Shown in pieces: positions 1-7,197 of a DNA stretch of 64,000 bases. A program made the translations under genes and the position numbers. Under the pieces are notes generated by a model that saw only the letters and a program-made list of their open reading frames with translations, had not been told where the DNA came from and made no database searches. How positions within the stretch are numbered: the stretch's first letter is position 1; each line of letters starts with the position of its first letter. The stretch spans positions 3,588 to 67,587 of the forward strand of contig JAZLAT010000005.1 in NCBI GenBank assembly GCA_045613345.1, read 5' to 3'. The DNA comes from Candidatus Enterousia sp. (GTDB lineage: Bacteria > Pseudomonadota > Alphaproteobacteria > Rs-D84).

Positions 1-1
1 G

Positions 2-1489
2 AACTTTTTAACATCGCGCGGTCTTAAGCGGGGTGACACAGTCTTGTTGTTCCTGCGTCGCCGTTGGGAGTATTGGATTTTAATGATGGCAATGCATAAA
101 ATCGGCGTGATTCCGATACCTTCAACAAACCAATTAAAATCAGAAGACATTAAATACCGAATCGATACTGCGGCAACCAAGGCGATTATCGCCTTTGACG
201 ACGGGCACATCGTGGACGAGATAAAAACGGCAATTGGCGATTCGGATGTAATGCTTATATCAAATAACGAAGTTGCCGATTCGTTGAACACTATGCCGGA
301 CACAATTGAACGCGTACCGAACGAGAATACAGATACCATGGTGATTTATTTCACAAGTGGTACAACCGACATGCCGAAAATGGTCGCACACAATTATATA
401 TATCCTTTGGGCCATATCAATACTGCGGTTTTTTGGCAAAGATTAAATGATAACGATATTCATTTTACTTTGTCCGAATCGGGTTGGGCAAAATGCTCGT
501 GGGGGAAAATGTACGGTCAATGGCTGGCGGGCGCAACCGTATTCATCTTTGACGTCAGTGGCATTTTCACTGCGCATGACCTTTGGCGCGAAATCTCGGC
601 AAACGGTGTCACATCTTTCTGTGCGCCACCAACGGTATATAAAATGCTGATTCATGCAGATGCATCTAAATACGACCTTTCCAAACTGGTCAAGGCGGAT
701 GTCGCGGGCGAGGCATTGAACCCCGAAGTATTTGAACGTTTCTTCGACATGACCGGAATAAAACTGCACGAAGGATTCGGTCAAACCGAAACCACGGTAC
801 AACTTTTCACCAATCAATGGATTGAACCAAAACCCGGCAGCATGGGCATGCCCGCCGCCGGATGGGACATAAAATTACTTGACGAAGACGGTCGAGTTAC
901 CACCGATGGCAAGGTTGGCGAAATCTGTATTTCCATCGCAAATGGCCGCCCGGTCGGAATGTTTCAAAACTATCACAACAATGAAAAACTGACCGCGGCG
1001 GCATTTCGTGACGGGTACTATCATACTGGCGATGTCGCATATAGGGACGCGGACGGATATTACTGGTTTGTTGGGCGTAATGATGATCTGATTAAATCTT
1101 CGGGTTATCGGATAAGTCCGTTCGAAGTGGAAAGTGTTTTAATGGAACACCCGGCGGTGCGTGAAGTCGCCGTAACCGGCATTCCCGATCCAACCAGGGG
1201 CCAGGCGGTCAAAGCAACCATTGTCTTGAACAAATATTTCCAAGGCAACGATATTCTTATACGGCAATTGCAAGATCATGTTCGCAACCGTACCGCGACA
1301 TACAAATACCCGCGGGTAATCGAATTCGTGGACAGCCTGCCCATGACCATATCTGGCAAGATTCGGCGCGCGCTGATTCGCACACTGGACAGCACCAAAA
1401 AGACGATTATCGAACCCGTCAAAAACACCATCATCGACCCAATCAAAAGCACGATTGGTTTGGGTGGTAAAGAAGAAGAGAAAAATTAG
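2..1489 (+). CDS. AMP-dependent acyl-CoA synthetase/ligase, 5' end outside window
   Basis: Frame is open from nt 2 (NFLTSRGLKRGDTVLLFL precedes the first Met at 44). AMP-binding signature YFTSGTTDMPKMV, plus GYRISPFEVES and C-terminal PMTISGKIRR. Hairpin terminator follows. Confidence 0.85.
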   Translation, partial: NFLTSRGLKRGDTVLLFLRRRWEYWILMMAMHKIGVIPIPSTNQLKSEDIKYRIDTAATKAIIAFDDGHIVDEIKTAIGDSDVMLISNNEVADSLNTMPDTIERVPNENTDTMVIYFTSGTTDMPKMVAHNYIYPLGHINTAVFWQRLNDNDIHFTLSESGWAKCSWGKMYGQWLAGATVFIFDVSGIFTAHDLWREISANGVTSFCAPPTVYKMLIHADASKYDLSKLVKADVAGEALNPEVFERFFDMTGIKLHEGFGQTETTVQLFTNQWIEPKPGSMGMPAAGWDIKLLDEDGRVTTDGKVGEICISIANGRPVGMFQNYHNNEKLTAAAFRDGYYHTGDVAYRDADGYYWFVGRNDDLIKSSGYRISPFEVESVLMEHPAVREVAVTGIPDPTRGQAVKATIVLNKYFQGNDILIRQLQDHVRNRTATYKYPRVIEFVDSLPMTISGKIRRALIRTLDSTKKTIIEPVKNTIIDPIKSTIGLGGKEEEKN

Positions 1490-1500
1490 ATATAAAAAAT

Positions 1501-1530
1501 AAAGGTCGCAATGTTCGCGACCTTTTTTCT
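1501..1530. terminator. bidirectional intrinsic terminator hairpin
   Basis: Stem ggtcgc (1504-1509) / gcgacc (1517-1522), flanked by an A-run and a T-run, between convergent genes. Confidence 0.6.
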
Positions 1531-1552
1531 TTATTTGAAAGATTTTTTGTGA

Positions 1553-2191
1553 TTATAAGAATTTTATTTCACAACTTGTATCGGATTTATGTTCTTCTTC
1601 ATAATTAGAGTTATATGAAACACTGTAGCCATATACATCGCTTACCATGTCTGCAAATGCTTTACATCTTTCTCCATTTGGGGTGCCTGCAAAATGAGTT
1701 CCATAACATATATACAGATTACCCCCAATAGTGTAAGAACTTGTAAGATCGAAACCTCCTACAATTCTACACAATGCGCTCACAACACCTTGTTTTACGT
1801 CCAAATCTGTCCTGTCCGATGTGTCATCAAATTCAAACACAACATATCCACCATCAGACAATTTATATCCATAATAATCTTGCCCAATATATGTTGTTTT
1901 AATCACTCCACCGCTGGTGACAGACTTGTTCATTCGGACTTGAATATACTTGCGCGCCAATTTATCCGCCTGTTCATAGTTTCCAACCTGGACATCTGCA
2001 AATGTTGTATTGCAATAACTGTCCACAATAGTTTGGTCACTGGACTTGCATGTATTTATCGGCACACACCTTTCTGTCTTTTCAACCCAAACCAATTTGT
2101 CGGGGTTGTCCAAACAGGTTTCTTTTATTCCCGCATTCGCGGCGTTTATTACGGCCACACCGGCCACAGCAGACAACAAAATTTTATTCAT
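1553..2191 (-). CDS. secreted Cys-rich protein, unknown function
   Basis: 212-aa ORF with AAGGAG SD upstream of the ATG. Signal peptide MNKILLSAVAGVAVINAANA; 8 Cys in the mature part. No family recognised. Confidence 0.6.
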   Translation of the reverse strand: MNKILLSAVAGVAVINAANAGIKETCLDNPDKLVWVEKTERCVPINTCKSSDQTIVDSYCNTTFADVQVGNYEQADKLARKYIQVRMNKSVTSGGVIKTTYIGQDYYGYKLSDGGYVVFEFDDTSDRTDLDVKQGVVSALCRIVGGFDLTSSYTIGGNLYICYGTHFAGTPNGERCKAFADMVSDVYGYSVSYNSNYEEEHKSDTSCEIKFL

Positions 2192-2221
2192 ATTTTACTC
2201 CTTTGGTTTTTTTGTTGTTTG

Positions 2222-2614
2222 TTATTCTTGACATTCTGGGGGCAAATCTATCCCCAATTCAATGAATTGCTGACAAGATGATTTATCTCTTTCCTCTTTG
2301 GTTGCGGTATCGGCGGTCATATTATCGCCCATACTGCTACTGGAACCGCCATTGCCACCGCCTTTTTGGGCTGCTTGGATTTTATTGTGCAGGGCGATGT
2401 TGCCGACAACGCCGACACCCGTCGCCGCCAGTGTCGCAATCCCAGCAACCTTGTATTTATGTGTATTATCTTCGCACTCGGCGATTTCCGCACGCAATGC
2501 ATCGCGCCGCGCGGTCAGTTCCGCAATCTGGGCATCCATAAAGTCCGGTGTGTCCGCACGTGTCACCGCGCATGCAAAAACACCCACCCAAAAAATGATT
2601 TTATTTATTTTCAT
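2222..2614 (-). CDS. small exported protein: signal peptide + coiled coil + glycine-zipper TM + Gly/Ser-rich tail
   Basis: 130 aa. Segments MKINKIIFWVGVFACAVTRA, AQIAELTARRDALRAEIAECED, GIATLAATGVGVVGNIA. Paralogous in architecture to 2601-2891 and overlaps it by 14 nt. Confidence 0.55.
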   Translation of the reverse strand: MKINKIIFWVGVFACAVTRADTPDFMDAQIAELTARRDALRAEIAECEDNTHKYKVAGIATLAATGVGVVGNIALHNKIQAAQKGGGNGGSSSSMGDNMTADTATKEERDKSSCQQFIELGIDLPPECQE

Positions 2615-2891
2615 TTTTGTTTTTTTCTTTTTTAATGTTGTTTAATTTTATGCCTTGGGCGATCGCCGCAACGCCGGTAACGGCGGTTCCCGCCGCACCA
2701 ACATAAGTCGCGGTTTTCCAATTTTTATTCTTGCGCTTGCATGCGTCTAATTCGATTTCCAATTCGTCGATTTCGCGTTTTAATGATGCGATTTGCATTT
2801 GTTTTTGCATATCGGCATAGTTCACGCCGTAATCTTCCGCCCGCGCAATCGCCGGGAATAAAACAAAAACCAATAACAAAAATTTTTTCAT
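2601..2891 (-). CDS. small exported protein: signal peptide + coiled coil + glycine-zipper TM (paralog of 2222-2614)
   Basis: 96 aa. Segments MKKFLLLVFVLFPAIARA, IASLKREIDELEIELDACKRK, YVGAAGTAVTGVAAIAQG, then a Lys-rich tail. Confidence 0.55.
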   Translation of the reverse strand: MKKFLLLVFVLFPAIARAEDYGVNYADMQKQMQIASLKREIDELEIELDACKRKNKNWKTATYVGAAGTAVTGVAAIAQGIKLNNIKKEKNKNENK

Positions 2892-2932
2892 CTCTTTAAC
2901 CCCGTAAAATCAAAAACCACCGAATATGCTTC

Positions 2933-3035
2933 AAGTGGTTGGAGGTTAACGACAATTTAAGCTGAAATTGTGTGCTTATTCTGTTGGGACAAATCCCGCC
3001 ATTATTCACAACCCTCCAACCACTTTTGGTTGGAG
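2933..3035. repeat. inverted-repeat element, member of the GTTAGTG/GTGGTTGG repeat family, with conserved core
   Basis: aagtggttggagg (2933-2945) is complementary to cctccaaccactt (3013-3025). A second hairpin ctccaacca/tggttggag (3014-3035) is followed by tttatttt. Core gttgggacaaatcccgcca resembles the cores at 23754-23773 and 50773-50792. Confidence 0.5.
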
Positions 3036-3141
3036 TTTATTTTCGTCATTTCTGACGCAGCTTAAATAGGTCGTTACACCCAATCAGTGGAACACCCACT
3101 GACAATGGCATTATAGCATATTTTTGATTGTTTTCCAAAAT

Positions 3142-3167
3142 AAAAATGCGCCATCGGCGCATTTTTT
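3142..3167. terminator. intrinsic terminator downstream of fabF
   Basis: Stem tgcgcc (3147-3152) / ggcgca (3156-3161), flanked by an A-run and a T-run. Lies 18 nt after the fabF stop. Confidence 0.7.
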
Positions 3168-3184
3168 AGTCATTATTACTTATA

Positions 3185-4432
3185 TTAAACTCGCTTTAAT
3201 ACCAACGATGCATTTGTGCCACCAAAGCCAAATGAATTGGATAATGCGACATCAACTTTGCGTTTTTTCGCCGTGTGCGGAACCAAATCGAAATCACCAA
3301 CTTCGTCAATCGGATCATCCAAATTAATTGTCGCCGGGACAACACCATCACGAATCGCCAAAGCACAGAATATGGCTTCAACCGCACCCGCCGCACCAAG
3401 CAAATGTCCCGTCATAGATTTTGTTGATGACATACACGCGCCGGTGCCACCAAACATATTTTTCACCGCCGCCAATTCACCTAAATCACCCAAACCTGTT
3501 GATGTTCCGTGTGCATTGATATAGTCTACATCCGCCGGGCTAAGTCCTGCATCACGCAACGCCGCCATCATCGCGCGTGCACCACCTTCGCCATTTTCCG
3601 CCGGTGCAGTTATATGATGCGCATCACCCGAAAGACCATATCCCGCGACTTCGGCATAGATTTTCGCGCCACGCGCCACCGCATGTTCATATTCTTCCAA
3701 CACCAAAACGCCCGCACCTTCGGACATAATAAAACCATCACGACCTTTGTCCCACGGGCGCGATGCCGCCGTTGGATTATCGTTGCGTGTGCTGAGTGCC
3801 TTCATCGCCGAAAATCCCGCAATACCGATTCGACCAACCGCACCTTCGCATCCGCCGCACACCATAATGTCTGCATCACCGTGCTGAATCAAACGCACAC
3901 CTTCGCCGATACTGTGCGCGCCGGTTGCACACGCCGTAACCATCGCAACATTCGGTCCACGCAAACCATAACGAATTGATATATGACCCGCCGCCATATT
4001 TATAATGCACTTTGGAATAAAGAACGGACTTATGCGGCGCGCACCACCGTTCGCCAATTCAATGCAATTTTCATAAATAGTATTCAAACCACCGATACCA
4101 CTGCCCATTGAAACACCGACGCGATCTTTATCGCCATCATAAGTATCCAAGCCCGCATCACGAATTGCTTCATCCGCGGCAACCACGCCGTATAAAATGC
4201 ACTTGTCCATCTTGCGTTGTTCGCGCGGTTCGACAACAATATCGGGGTTAAACATTCCAGGTTCAGTTCCACGCATTGGCACACCCGCAATTTGGCACGG
4301 CAAATCAGACACATCAACATCAGTAATCTTGGCAATTCCAGATTTACCCGCCAAAATATTTTTCCACGCATATTCAACACCAGAGCCAACTGGGGACACA
4401 ATGCCCATACCGGTAATAACAACTCTTTTCAT
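3185..4432 (-). CDS. fabF: 3-oxoacyl-ACP synthase II
   Basis: 415 aa. MKRVVITGMGIVSPVG N-terminus, active-site TACATGAHSIG, HGTSTGLGD, NSFGFGGTNASL. Directly downstream of acpP. Confidence 0.95.
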   Translation of the reverse strand: MKRVVITGMGIVSPVGSGVEYAWKNILAGKSGIAKITDVDVSDLPCQIAGVPMRGTEPGMFNPDIVVEPREQRKMDKCILYGVVAADEAIRDAGLDTYDGDKDRVGVSMGSGIGGLNTIYENCIELANGGARRISPFFIPKCIINMAAGHISIRYGLRGPNVAMVTACATGAHSIGEGVRLIQHGDADIMVCGGCEGAVGRIGIAGFSAMKALSTRNDNPTAASRPWDKGRDGFIMSEGAGVLVLEEYEHAVARGAKIYAEVAGYGLSGDAHHITAPAENGEGGARAMMAALRDAGLSPADVDYINAHGTSTGLGDLGELAAVKNMFGGTGACMSSTKSMTGHLLGAAGAVEAIFCALAIRDGVVPATINLDDPIDEVGDFDLVPHTAKKRKVDVALSNSFGFGGTNASLVLKRV

Positions 4433-4496
4433 AATTTATTTCCTTTATAATGTTAAACGATGCCCTATCATAATATGTTTTTCAATAAAAATACAG

Positions 4497-4533
4497 TAAA
4501 AAAACCGCCACGCAAATACGTGACGGCAAAAAA
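4497..4533 (-). terminator. intrinsic terminator after acpP
   Basis: Stem ccgccacg (4505-4512) / cgtgacgg (4519-4526), one mismatch. A-run on the plus strand gives a U-tract on the minus transcript. Confidence 0.55.
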
Positions 4534-4545
4534 ACAAAAACTTTT

Positions 4546-4788
4546 TTATTCTGCCTTTTTGGCGTGTGCATCAATATATTTAACAGCTTCACCCACAGTT
4601 GTCAATTTTGCAGCATCTTCATCAGGAATTGCGATATTGAAATGATTTTCAACTTCCATCACGAATTCGACGACGTCCAAAGAATCCGCACCCAAATCAT
4701 TCACAAACGCGGCAGATTCAGTCACCAACGCTTCGTTCACGCCCAATTTGCTAACAATAATTTTTTTTACTTCTTCAAAAGTAGACAT
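4546..4788 (-). CDS. acpP: acyl carrier protein
   Basis: Start trimmed to [17 protein letters not shown] (SD AAAGGA upstream). Phosphopantetheine site [10 protein letters not shown]. 80 aa. Confidence 0.95.
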   Translation of the reverse strand: MSTFEEVKKIIVSKLGVNEALVTESAAFVNDLGADSLDVVEFVMEVENHFNIAIPDEDAAKLTTVGEAVKYIDAHAKKAE

Positions 4789-4852
4789 TTTATATCCTTT
4801 GTTTTTTGTTAAACTTTTTGTCACCTTAACCCAATGACGTTTCACAGACCCC

Positions 4853-4881
4853 AAAATACCATTTTATGCCGCCCGTGTCAA
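4853..4881 (-). promoter_or_regulatory. candidate sigma70-type promoter for acpP-fabF
   Basis: On the minus strand: TTGACA (4876-4881), 17-nt spacer, TATTTT (4853-4858). Confidence 0.4.
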
Positions 4882-4913
4882 GAAATTATAACAAATAATA
4901 ACAGAAACGAAAT

Positions 4914-5918
4914 TTACTCCACCGCCAACAAATCTTCCAATAATTCGTTCATATTATTGCGCAAATCTTCGCGGTCACCCGCCCAGGTTAGCCGCCGCAT
5001 CAAAAATTTATACACATCATCCATGGTAAGATTCGGTATTCCCGCATCCATAACAACACGAGACCATGCAAGCCGCGGATCGGTCAAATGCCCCCTGCCC
5101 CGTCCCGGGAAAACCCAATAACCGTCTTGGGGTAAATCTTGCAATAATACAACCGCCATATCAGACAAGGGTTTTTCACCCCATGTATAGCGATTAAAGT
5201 CTAAATCTTCCCACTGCATAGCAAAAATTTGATTTTTCGTTGCGAATCCATAGACCAACATTAAAAACGCCGCCCGAATATTCACATCATCCAATTTTCG
5301 AACCGATTCGATTAATCTTTTAAGACCATATTTATTCAATGGGCGAACACGCCGATTTTGAATCGGACGTGCAATTTCCATAACCGGATTTGTCCGAACA
5401 TATCCCGATTCAACCGCGTACCGGAATATGCTTTGCAACAATTCTTGCATACGCGCAGCAATCGCAGCACCGTTTATATTCGCAATCACATCACGCACAT
5501 CATCGGCATTTATTTCAGAAATATTCTTGTCAAACAACGGCACAAGATGACGATTTATTGAACGCACCAATTTATCATAAGAACCTACACTGCGTCGCAC
5601 ACGATTCTTTAAATAAATTTGTATAAAATCGCGGAACAGAATTTTTTTGCGCTTTATTGAAACTTTCTGTGTGGCATTTTCAAGGACGGTTGCGACTGCG
5701 CTTCGTGCTTCTTCGATATCCATATCAGGATATTTACCGATAATAACGCGACGATCACGACCATTTATTCGCTTGCGCGTAAAGAATGTTTTTACACCAC
5801 GACTTGTTATATACAAACGCAACCGAGGCTCAGATAAATCTTGGACCACATCAAAACCCCGCGTTGGCGCGTTCAGGTTATCCAGAATATACGGATTAAA
5901 AAAGAACTGATGCGCCAT
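4914..5918 (-). CDS. tyrosine-recombinase (P4-type integrase)-like protein with degenerate catalytic motifs
   Basis: N-terminal arm-binding-type region (GFDVVQDLSEPRLRLYITSRGVKTFFTRKRINGRDRRVIIGKYPDMDIEEAR) and SAM-like core. The expected TGxR, HxLR and C-terminal Tyr positions read GFATKN and MDDVYKFLMRR, with no terminal Tyr block. Only 334 aa. Confidence 0.7.
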   Translation of the reverse strand: MAHQFFFNPYILDNLNAPTRGFDVVQDLSEPRLRLYITSRGVKTFFTRKRINGRDRRVIIGKYPDMDIEEARSAVATVLENATQKVSIKRKKILFRDFIQIYLKNRVRRSVGSYDKLVRSINRHLVPLFDKNISEINADDVRDVIANINGAAIAARMQELLQSIFRYAVESGYVRTNPVMEIARPIQNRRVRPLNKYGLKRLIESVRKLDDVNIRAAFLMLVYGFATKNQIFAMQWEDLDFNRYTWGEKPLSDMAVVLLQDLPQDGYWVFPGRGRGHLTDPRLAWSRVVMDAGIPNLTMDDVYKFLMRRLTWAGDREDLRNNMNELLEDLLAVE

Positions 5919-5943
5919 AACGCCCTCCTTTTGATTTTATATA

Positions 5944-6384
5944 TTATTTGTGCTTTTCCGCATGCATTTCCCGCAAACGCGCACTGTTTTTATTATACTG
6001 ACGCACTTTCTCTTCATATGCAGCCTTGGCCACAAAATACTCAGCATTTGCACTGTTATAGTGGCAATTAAAATTGCATGGCTCATCATCACTATAAAAT
6101 GGGCACTTAAACAAATAACGTGGTCCTGTGTATTCAATATTATAGTCCAAAACAAATGCGTCCAAATCACGTTCGTATTCTTGAACAACCATGCATGGAC
6201 AAGAAAGCCCCCAATTTTTTGGTGCAACCCAAGGCATTTTCAATTCGGTTACATTTGTGATTTTCGCCTTTGTTTTTTCTAATTCGTCATACAATTCTGA
6301 AAGCTCGCATTCCAACCGCCGCACCAGTTTTCTTTGTGCGCAATATTCACGAAGCATTTTAAACTTATCCGATATTTTTGACAT
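5944..6384 (-). CDS. small Cys-rich protein, family member A
   Basis: Start trimmed to MSKISDKF. No signal peptide. CPC ... C-x8-C-x3-C-H pattern (CPFYSDDEPCNFNCH), then a basic helix. Confidence 0.6.
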   Translation of the reverse strand: MSKISDKFKMLREYCAQRKLVRRLECELSELYDELEKTKAKITNVTELKMPWVAPKNWGLSCPCMVVQEYERDLDAFVLDYNIEYTGPRYLFKCPFYSDDEPCNFNCHYNSANAEYFVAKAAYEEKVRQYNKNSARLREMHAEKHK

Positions 6385-6395
6385 ATACACCCTTT

Positions 6396-6749
6396 TTATT
6401 TTAACTTGATACCAAACATAAACCAAAAAGCCCGCGCGCGTTCACGTTTGGCGCGATCTAAACCGCGTGTCAAATCAACATACTTTTTGTTTTTATCATG
6501 CATATCACACGCTACATTTAAACAATACGATCTTTCTTTATACAATCCGCACAACCCGCCACTAAGTGAAATGTCGTATTCGCCTTCGGTATCGCCCGCA
6601 TCAATCGCGTAATAAGGCATCTGACCACGTTTTACAGGTGCACAATAAAATCTGTCCATACATTCAAAACGCCCAAACTCCATTGCGCGATGTTTCCGCA
6701 TACGCCTTACTTCTCTGTTTGCTTCAATAAACTTTTTGATTCTTGACAT
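6396..6749 (-). CDS. small Cys-rich protein, family member B
   Basis: 117 aa. ECMDRFYC ... CGLYKERSYCLNVACDMH, then a basic helix RAKRERARAF. Begins 10 nt after the stop of member C. Confidence 0.6.
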   Translation of the reverse strand: MSRIKKFIEANREVRRMRKHRAMEFGRFECMDRFYCAPVKRGQMPYYAIDAGDTEGEYDISLSGGLCGLYKERSYCLNVACDMHDKNKKYVDLTRGLDRAKRERARAFWFMFGIKLK

Positions 6750-6759
6750 ATTGTATATA

Positions 6760-7131
6760 TTACTTTGAACGTTTTTTTAACAATCCACGCAAGAAATTAC
6801 GCCGTGCATCGCATGCGACATTATATTTTTCTAATGCGACGACATAATCCAAATGATTTGCATACATCGGGCATTTTATATTTTCACATAACGCCCCGGT
6901 ATCCAAAAGTTCACAAACTTCAACAAAACCGCCTTCATCCACTTGGGTTGTATTTGGCACATCAATTATGACTTTTTCAAACCTATTGATACACGCACAT
7001 TCACCATACCCCCCCGCCCCAAGGCGATATTCTTTGTTGTATGCAGTAATTTTCTGTTTGGCCAAAGCTAAATTACGACGCGCAGCGCGTACAGCCAATG
7101 CCATATTATAATATTCCTTTAATTTGCCCAT
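6760..7131 (-). CDS. small Cys-rich protein, family member C
   Basis: 123 aa with SD AAGGA. GECAC ... CELLDTGALCENIKCPMYANH, then RRNFLRGLLKKR. Confidence 0.6.
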   Translation of the reverse strand: MGKLKEYYNMALAVRAARRNLALAKQKITAYNKEYRLGAGGYGECACINRFEKVIIDVPNTTQVDEGGFVEVCELLDTGALCENIKCPMYANHLDYVVALEKYNVACDARRNFLRGLLKKRSK

Positions 7132-7161
7132 TTTATATCCTTTTTTATTGTTTATACTGAC

Positions 7162-7189
7162 ATTTTAGACAATGTTTATCTAATGTCAA
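7162..7189 (-). promoter_or_regulatory. near-consensus sigma70-type promoter in front of the Cys-rich gene trio
   Basis: On the minus strand: TTGACA (7184-7189), 16-nt spacer, TAAAAT (7162-7167). Lies just downstream of the lepA stop. Confidence 0.5.
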
Positions 7190-7197
7190 CCAGATAT

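Larger units (their letters stand above)
4789..7131 (-). mobile_element. integrase-associated islet (probably decayed/immobile) between lepA and acpP
   Basis: Holds only an integrase-like gene plus three Cys-rich paralogs. Bracketed by the direct repeat cattttatatccttt at 4786-4800 and 7129-7143. Confidence 0.4.

Noticed and set aside
2892-3140. Possible (permuted) tmRNA: CCUCCAACCA resembles a tmRNA 3' end, and a minus-strand frame reads ...NDEN..., like the start of the E. coli tag.
   Set aside because: The CCUCCAACCA string occurs on both strands only because it is part of an inverted repeat. There is no GGG-initiated 5' acceptor strand able to pair with it. No T-arm is adjacent, and there is an extra A before CCA. 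The putative tag would end ...VVGGL rather than in a hydrophobic Ala-rich tail.
4914-7131. An intact prophage or active integrative element.
   Set aside because: It is only 2.3 kb with no structural, replication or excision genes, and the integrase-like protein seems to lack catalytic residues. It was reported instead as a decayed islet.
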